From contig CP186953.1 of the NCBI GenBank assembly GCA_049570475.1, forward strand, positions 512,001 to 576,000: a DNA stretch of 64,000 bases, in the 5' to 3' direction. Origin of the DNA: Candidatus Methanosuratincola verstraetei. Lineage in GTDB: Archaea > Thermoproteota > Methanomethylicia > Methanomethylicales > Methanomethylicaceae. The notes beneath the pieces were generated by a model that worked only from the letters and a program-made list of their open reading frames with translations, made no database searches and had not been told where the DNA came from. Of this stretch, positions 59,250 to 64,000 are shown piece after piece (the stretch's first letter is position 1; each line of letters starts with the position of its first letter). The position numbers were made by a program, and so were the translations under genes.

Positions 59250-59767
59250 TCCTTTTTACCCTCCTGATCCTCAGCGGAAGCCTCCGAGGCGGCGGTTCCC
59301 TCTGATGGCTTCTCTTCACCCTCTACATCAGCCTTGGTTTCCTTCGGCTTCTCGTCGGGCCTTAGATTGACTATCTCGACGCCGAATTCCTCAGCTCTCT
59401 TTATTATCTCGGCGCGCTTCCTCTTCCCGACGCTAGCTGCGATCCTAATTGCCATAAAGCACGGGTCTACGAACTCGACATCTTCAGGAGTATGGACCAG
59501 CACCTCGATCATGCCTTTGGGATTCAGGCCCCTCGTAAGCTTTGGACCGCGGTATCCGGTCTCGACTATTGGCCATCTGCCCTTCTTCTTCAGCCGCATC
59601 TTGGAACGGATCCCCTTGCTGCTCCGCCATTTATCGCCGAGCCTGGGGAACCTGTTCGACTCTGATCTCCTGAACTTAGGTCGCCTGCTGGCGATCTTTT
59701 GACGCTTCCTGAGCAAAGACTCGAACTCGTGCGCGCAGTTCTCCTGTGAGCATCCGCAACCGGTCAT
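59246..59767 (-). CDS. rpl32e: 50S ribosomal protein L32e with N- and C-terminal extensions
   Basis: P.F.R, WR..KG..SKMR, GYRGP..RG..P.G, VG.RKR. Confidence 0.94.
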   Translation of the reverse strand: MTGCGCSQENCAHEFESLLRKRQKIASRRPKFRRSESNRFPRLGDKWRSSKGIRSKMRLKKKGRWPIVETGYRGPKLTRGLNPKGMIEVLVHTPEDVEFVDPCFMAIRIAASVGKRKRAEIIKRAEEFGVEIVNLRPDEKPKETKADVEGEEKPSEGTAASEASAEDQEGKKE

Positions 59768-59768
59768 A

Positions 59769-60299
59769 TCACACCCTCTCCGCCAGATATATGCCGTCCT
59801 GGAAGACCCTCGGGTCCATCTTTTTAACATGAGTGGCCATGTGAATGTTCGCAGCGGTCTGTCCAACTTCTTCTTTGTCAACGCCTTCAATCAGCAGCTC
59901 CTCGCCCTGGACTGTAACTTTGGCGTTCCCGACTATCTTTGCTCGCCGCTTCGACCGCTCACCCATGAAATTCTCTATCAGCACATCTTTGCCGGCAACC
60001 TTAACAGTGATAGGGAAGTGCGCATATACTACCTTCATCTTGTAGACGTGACCCTGGGTTACTCCCTTTATCATGTTCTTTATGTGCGAAGCTACTGTAC
60101 CCACGAGCGCCCTTTGCTTCTTTCCCTTCATAGTGGCAGCCACGTCGACTGCACTTCCATCGATCGAAAGCCTGAGGCCCGCATGGGAGAAGTCCCTGGT
60201 CAGCTTCCCCTTCGGACCGATTACCGTGACTGCTGAAGCGTTCAGCTCGACCTGGACGCCCTCAGGGATCTGAACTTTAGCAGAGGCAAATTCCACCAC
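59769..60299 (-). CDS. rpl6: 50S ribosomal protein L6
   Basis: IPEGV, GPKG, YAHFP, NF.GE, VGQTAANI, DPRVFQDGIY. Confidence 0.97.
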   Translation of the reverse strand: MVEFASAKVQIPEGVQVELNASAVTVIGPKGKLTRDFSHAGLRLSIDGSAVDVAATMKGKKQRALVGTVASHIKNMIKGVTQGHVYKMKVVYAHFPITVKVAGKDVLIENFMGERSKRRAKIVGNAKVTVQGEELLIEGVDKEEVGQTAANIHMATHVKKMDPRVFQDGIYLAERV

Positions 60300-60309
60300 A
60301 TGCACCACC

Positions 60310-60702
60310 TCAGTAGACGTAGGCAAGCAGCCTCCCACCGATCTTGTTGGCGAGGGCCTCTTTGTGAGTCATTATTCCCTTGGAAGTGGTGAGTATGATG
60401 AAGCCAATCTCCTTTCCAGGGAGGTACTGCTGGGCGACCCGCTCCAGATCCTTGTACGAGACATTGAAGTAAGGCTTTATCACGCCGCACTTGTTGATCC
60501 TTCCGAGCAGCTGGATCCTGAGCTTGCCCAGCCTGCCGTCGTCAATGTACTCGAACTCCCCCACATACCCTGCCTTCTGGAGAACCCTAAGGACGTTCGC
60601 AATCAGTTTAGGGGCAGGAGTAACTATGCACTCGTTCTTTCCCCTCTCTTCGCTATTCATGATGTTGACAAGTGAATTTGCTAGAGGATCCTGAACCCAC
60701 AT
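60310..60702 (-). CDS. rps8: 30S ribosomal protein S8
   Basis: DPLAN, GY.GEFE.IDDGR, GRINKCG.I.P, TS.G.M, GG.L.AYVY. Confidence 0.97.
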   Translation of the reverse strand: MWVQDPLANSLVNIMNSEERGKNECIVTPAPKLIANVLRVLQKAGYVGEFEYIDDGRLGKLRIQLLGRINKCGVIKPYFNVSYKDLERVAQQYLPGKEIGFIILTTSKGIMTHKEALANKIGGRLLAYVY

Positions 60703-60714
60703 CGACGATCACCA

Positions 60715-60882
60715 TCACAGATACTTCTTGAACCCAAGCGTCTCAGCCGATTCCCTGAAGCATTGCCTGCAGAGGTTCAAGCCGTATCTCCTTATCAGGG
60801 TGCTCCCCTTTGAGCCGCACCTCTTGCACCTTCTGCTGCCCTTCCCGAACTTCCTCTCTTTTGGCTGACGGTATTTACCCAT
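60715..60882 (-). CDS. rps14: 30S ribosomal protein S14 (Zn type); absent from the ORF track
   Basis: Manual translation [11 protein letters not shown]...[22 protein letters not shown]. Confidence 0.96.
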   Translation of the reverse strand: MGKYRQPKERKFGKGSRRCKRCGSKGSTLIRRYGLNLCRQCFRESAETLGFKKYL

Positions 60883-60884
60883 AT

Positions 60885-61436
60885 TTAGGCCTCCGTTTCA
60901 ATATTGATTCCAAACCGGCGCTTCATGTAGTCCATCGCCTCATCCCTGCTCACCCGGTGACCCACCCCTATCGTGCCTGGTCTCATTTTACGCCTCGCCA
61001 CCCGGTAACCTGGGCGCTCGAGGACGATGCAGACGTTCATGCCGAATATCCCGAGTGTAGGATCATACTTCGTCCCAGGGAGGTTGATGTGCTCCTTAAT
61101 GCCGAAGGAGATGTTCCCGTAATTATCGAAACAGCTCTCCTTGATCTTGTTCTTCAGGGATTCAAAGGCACGCTTGAGGAAATCCTCTGCCTGGGACCCC
61201 CTAAGGGTCACCACGCAACCGATGTTCTCACCCTTCCTCACCCCAAAATCGCGTACCGACTTCTTTGCCTTCCTTGGGCATGGCTTAGCGCCAGTTATTG
61301 ACTTGAGGACGGTCATGGCCTTCTCTAGCTTCTCCCCGCCCTCTCCCAGTCCCATGTTGACGACGACCTTGCCAAGTCTAATCTCACGCATGGGGTTCAA
61401 TTCGCCGCTTGTGGCGGCGGCAGCACCCTCGGACAA
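60885..61436 (-). CDS. rpl5: 50S ribosomal protein L5
   Basis: NPMR, KVVVN.G.GE, FD..GN.SFGI.EH, YDP..GIFGM. Confidence 0.97.
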   Translation of the reverse strand: MSEGAAAATSGELNPMREIRLGKVVVNMGLGEGGEKLEKAMTVLKSITGAKPCPRKAKKSVRDFGVRKGENIGCVVTLRGSQAEDFLKRAFESLKNKIKESCFDNYGNISFGIKEHINLPGTKYDPTLGIFGMNVCIVLERPGYRVARRKMRPGTIGVGHRVSRDEAMDYMKRRFGINIETEA

Positions 61437-61437
61437 C

Positions 61438-62172
61438 CTATGCCACCTCTCCATTTATGGTAATGATCGGACTTTCCTTCCCTATAGGGAATAGATACTT
61501 AAGCGTAACGGTCGTCTCTTCCCCGCCAATTGAAACCTTGGCAAGGGCATTTGGCGACTTGCTCTCCGGGACTTCAATAACTGTCCCGTACTGGCCGGTG
61601 TTGCGCCCACCAGTCACAATCACAAACGCCCCCTGTGCAAGGGGTATGTGATCCAGCACCTGGTCATCTGAGAGCGATACCTTGAGCACGTCGTTTGTCA
61701 TGTAAGGGAGCTGTATGTTGAATGGATCTTCGACTTTGAATATCTTAGTGCTTCCGTCGTGGAAGGCAAGCTGGATCTTCCCCTGCTTCAGCAGCTTCTT
61801 TCCGGTTACCTTCAGGAGCTTAAATGTAGCCTCTTCCGCAGGTATCTTCATCAATGCCAATTTCTTGACCGCGTGGGACATCACCCTGAAGTAAACTTCC
61901 TCAGGCTTGATGTAGACGACATCCATCAGACCCACAGGGTAGCGGTAGTCAGTCCTTGCCCTCCCGTCCACAAACACTTTCCTCTCATACAGGGCCCGCT
62001 TTGCCTCACTGATTGTCGTTACCTTCCCGAGCACATCCCGGAGCACAATGCCAAGGGGTATGCACTTCTCTGTCGAATGCGGACCTGCAGACGGCTTCAC
62101 CGTGAATGCCCTTTCTTTTATGGCGACAGGCCAGTGCCTGGGCGCCGGATAAGTTCTAAGGTGTCCTGCCAA
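61438..62172 (-). CDS. rps4e: 30S ribosomal protein S4e
   Basis: HL....AP..W, PS.GPH, VDG..R.D..YPVG.MDV, GG.N.G. Confidence 0.97.
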   Translation of the reverse strand: MAGHLRTYPAPRHWPVAIKERAFTVKPSAGPHSTEKCIPLGIVLRDVLGKVTTISEAKRALYERKVFVDGRARTDYRYPVGLMDVVYIKPEEVYFRVMSHAVKKLALMKIPAEEATFKLLKVTGKKLLKQGKIQLAFHDGSTKIFKVEDPFNIQLPYMTNDVLKVSLSDDQVLDHIPLAQGAFVIVTGGRNTGQYGTVIEVPESKSPNALAKVSIGGEETTVTLKYLFPIGKESPIITINGEVA

Positions 62173-62187
62173 TCTTTAATCCTCCTA

Positions 62188-62535
62188 TCAATCGCCCTTG
62201 AATGAATTCTTCCTGATCTTGTCAGATAGATCCAGCTTCGTGACCATTACCTTGGATGGGGAGATCTCCACAGGTATAGTGGTACCATCCATCTTCTTCG
62301 CATTGACCCCCTCGACCGTTATCCGCATCTTAGAGGTGTCGACCGAGGCAACCTTCCCTTCGTGACCCTTGTAGTCCCCCCTGGTGACTAGGACGGTGTC
62401 ACCTTTCCTCAGTGAGACTGTCCTCTTTCCGTACTTTGACCTGAGATCCTTTGAGAGTGGCGAACGGATCTGTCGCTTCCTGTACATTGGTTCATCCAGC
62501 AACTTCTTTTGTTTCTTCGGCTTCACGCTCGACAT
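62188..62535 (-). CDS. rpl24: 50S ribosomal protein L24 (uL24)
   Basis: PLSK.LR.KYG, RKGD.V...RG, PSKV. Confidence 0.96.
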   Translation of the reverse strand: MSSVKPKKQKKLLDEPMYRKRQIRSPLSKDLRSKYGKRTVSLRKGDTVLVTRGDYKGHEGKVASVDTSKMRITVEGVNAKKMDGTTIPVEISPSKVMVTKLDLSDKIRKNSFKGD

Positions 62536-62545
62536 TCGGGTTCAC

Positions 62546-62974
62546 CTACACCACCATGGAGGCCAGCCCCGCTACCTTGGGCCACCTCTCGGCCGCCTCC
62601 TTTGCTACCGGTCCCCTTATCTCGGTACCTTTCGTTTCGCCTTCTTCAGTAACAATGACCCCTGCGTTGTCCTCAAACTGGATCCAAGTGCCGTCCATCC
62701 TCCTGAAAGGTTTCTTCTGCCTGATTATGACGGCGTGGAATATCTGACGCCTAACCTCAGGGGTCCCTTCCTTGACTGAGATGATCACCTTATCGCCTAC
62801 GGTTGCGCTAGCGACCCTCCTGATGCGGGTCTTGGTCCTTGGCACCCCTATTATTTGTAGGACCTTGGCTCCACTATTGTCTGCGCATTTGAGCAACGAC
62901 TCGTGCTCGAGGCCTGCGCTGATTCCAGGCCTGTATGTGATTCCTCCTCCTAAACCCTTTCCTCGCTTTGCCAT
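62546..62974 (-). CDS. rpl14: 50S ribosomal protein L14
   Basis: CADNSGAK, RQKKP.RR.DG, FEDNA, GPVAKE. Confidence 0.97.
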   Translation of the reverse strand: MAKRGKGLGGGITYRPGISAGLEHESLLKCADNSGAKVLQIIGVPRTKTRIRRVASATVGDKVIISVKEGTPEVRRQIFHAVIIRQKKPFRRMDGTWIQFEDNAGVIVTEEGETKGTEIRGPVAKEAAERWPKVAGLASMVV

Positions 62975-62976
62975 CC

Positions 62977-63297
62977 TCAGACACCTGCCTTCTTCTCTAC
63001 AACAACATAGGAAACGGTCTTGCTGAGGGGCCTGCATTCCATTATCTTGACTAGGTCACCCTTTGCAGCGTGGATGCATGGCGGGTTGTGCGCGTGTATC
63101 TTGCTCCTCCTCTTCCCATACCGGTTGTACTTCGGGAAGTAGTGGAGGTAGTCGATCTGAACTACGACGGTCTTGTTCATTTTGTCGCTAACCACGACGC
63201 CTGAAAGCACGGTTCCCCTTGTGGAAAGCGTCCCGTGGACGGGGCAGTCCTTGTCCCCGCACGATTCGGTTTTCAACTCTTTAGCTGACTGGGACAT
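62977..63297 (-). CDS. rps17: 30S ribosomal protein S17
   Basis: [30 protein letters not shown]. Confidence 0.97.
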   Translation of the reverse strand: MSQSAKELKTESCGDKDCPVHGTLSTRGTVLSGVVVSDKMNKTVVVQIDYLHYFPKYNRYGKRRSKIHAHNPPCIHAAKGDLVKIMECRPLSKTVSYVVVEKKAGV

Positions 63298-63300
63298 CTC

Positions 63301-63582
63301 TCAATGCCTCCTCTGCAACCTCTTTAGCCTCTCTTCCGGGGTCAGTGCGATCTCTCGTCCTTCGACGACAACTTCATCCGGAATGAAGAAAGAGAACCTT
63401 GATATCATTTTCGGGATCATCACCCTTCGCGCGGATCCTGTTGTAGACACCACGAGCATTTTTTCGGTCTCATCCACGACTGTCCCTGAAATGCCCAACT
63501 GGGAGGGGTCAGTAGATCCGACCACGCTCACCCTAAGGCCTATCAGCTCGTTGTATAAGATGTTCTCAGGCATCACATTCAT
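63301..63582 (-). CDS. rpp29: RNase P protein component 1 (Rpp29/Pop4)
   Basis: ELIGL.V.V, G.VVDET, IPK, PEER. Confidence 0.93.
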   Translation of the reverse strand: MNVMPENILYNELIGLRVSVVGSTDPSQLGISGTVVDETEKMLVVSTTGSARRVMIPKMISRFSFFIPDEVVVEGREIALTPEERLKRLQRRH

Positions 63583-63821
63583 GCTTTTTGAGCCTCCTGT
63601 CCGACCTCTGTCTTCCTGATGCCCAATTCCTCCTCGCGCTCGACTGTGTGGAATCGGGCTATCGTCTTCCTCAGCAGCCTTATCCTCGATGGGTTCTCCA
63701 ACGATCCGCCCATCGCCTTCGCAGTCATGAGCTTGGAGAGCTCAACCTTTAGCTCGTTCAGCTTGGTCTTTCTCTCTTCCTTGGGCATCTTCCTGATCTC
63801 GTTAATCCTGAAAATAGCCAT
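63579..63821 (-). CDS. rpl29: 50S ribosomal protein L29
   Basis: EIR.M, L.ELK.EL, ENP.RIR..RK.IAR..T. Confidence 0.95.
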   Translation of the reverse strand: MAIFRINEIRKMPKEERKTKLNELKVELSKLMTAKAMGGSLENPSRIRLLRKTIARFHTVEREEELGIRKTEVGQEAQKA

Positions 63822-63830
63822 GTGCACCAC

Positions 63831-64000
63831 TCACTCCGCTGCAGCCTGTTTTGGCTCTGTGAGATGGATGTCGTCTATCGTGTTGACCGGCAGGTATATG
63901 CTGACCTGTATGCCGAACATCCCAGGCTTCAGCTGGACATGCGTTACAGCCCGGTCAACGGCATACTTCCTTGGCTCCCCTGCCTTGAGGACTGCGCCGG
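63831..64000 (-). CDS. rps3: 30S ribosomal protein S3, C-terminal fragment
   Basis: Manual translation G.VLKAGEP....VDRA..HV.LKPG.FGI.VSI..P; position before L29. Confidence 0.9.
   Translation of the reverse strand, partial: GAVLKAGEPRKYAVDRAVTHVQLKPGMFGIQVSIYLPVNTIDDIHLTEPKQAAAE

Noticed and set aside
1-64000. CRISPR arrays, IS elements, integrases, rRNA, SRP RNA, RNase P RNA
   Set aside because: No repeat-spacer periodicity, transposase or integrase motifs; no intergenic gap shows the signature sequences

Overview
Core-genome window of an archaeon. The gene order is TACK/Thermoproteota-like: stand-alone EF-2, no aIF1 between L29 and Rpp29, no rpoP after L37Ae. GC is about 55% by eye, and the content would fit Methanomethylicia/Verstraetearchaeota, but that placement is inference. 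Most genes are on the minus strand: the distal S10/spc ribosomal-protein cluster, secY-adk-cmk-cbf5, tRNA-Ser, S13-S4-S11-rpoD-L18e-L13-S9-rpoN-S2, an isoprenoid cluster, gltX, L7Ae-S28e-L24e-ndk-aIF5B-S6e-aIF2gamma, rpoE-spt4, KEOPS genes, S15-GAN-S3Ae, glmM/glmU, the exosome/proteasome superoperon, an ECF module, EF-2 and tRNA-Gly. No mobile element or CRISPR array was seen. Main finding: the aIF5B (IF-2) gene is interrupted at its switch-1 threonine by a 27-nt insertion with an in-frame UAA. The insertion folds into a canonical bulge-helix-bulge, and the predicted cuts restore AMTQHIGA exactly, so it is a candidate tRNA-type mRNA intron in a gene other than cbf5. Other findings are a tRNA-Ser with two introns, a box C/D-like sRNA complementary to the 23S P-loop, a catalytically degenerate mevalonate kinase homologue, a Re-citrate synthase, and a small unannotated membrane protein. 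Several start coordinates were moved from the ORF track to SD-supported codons.
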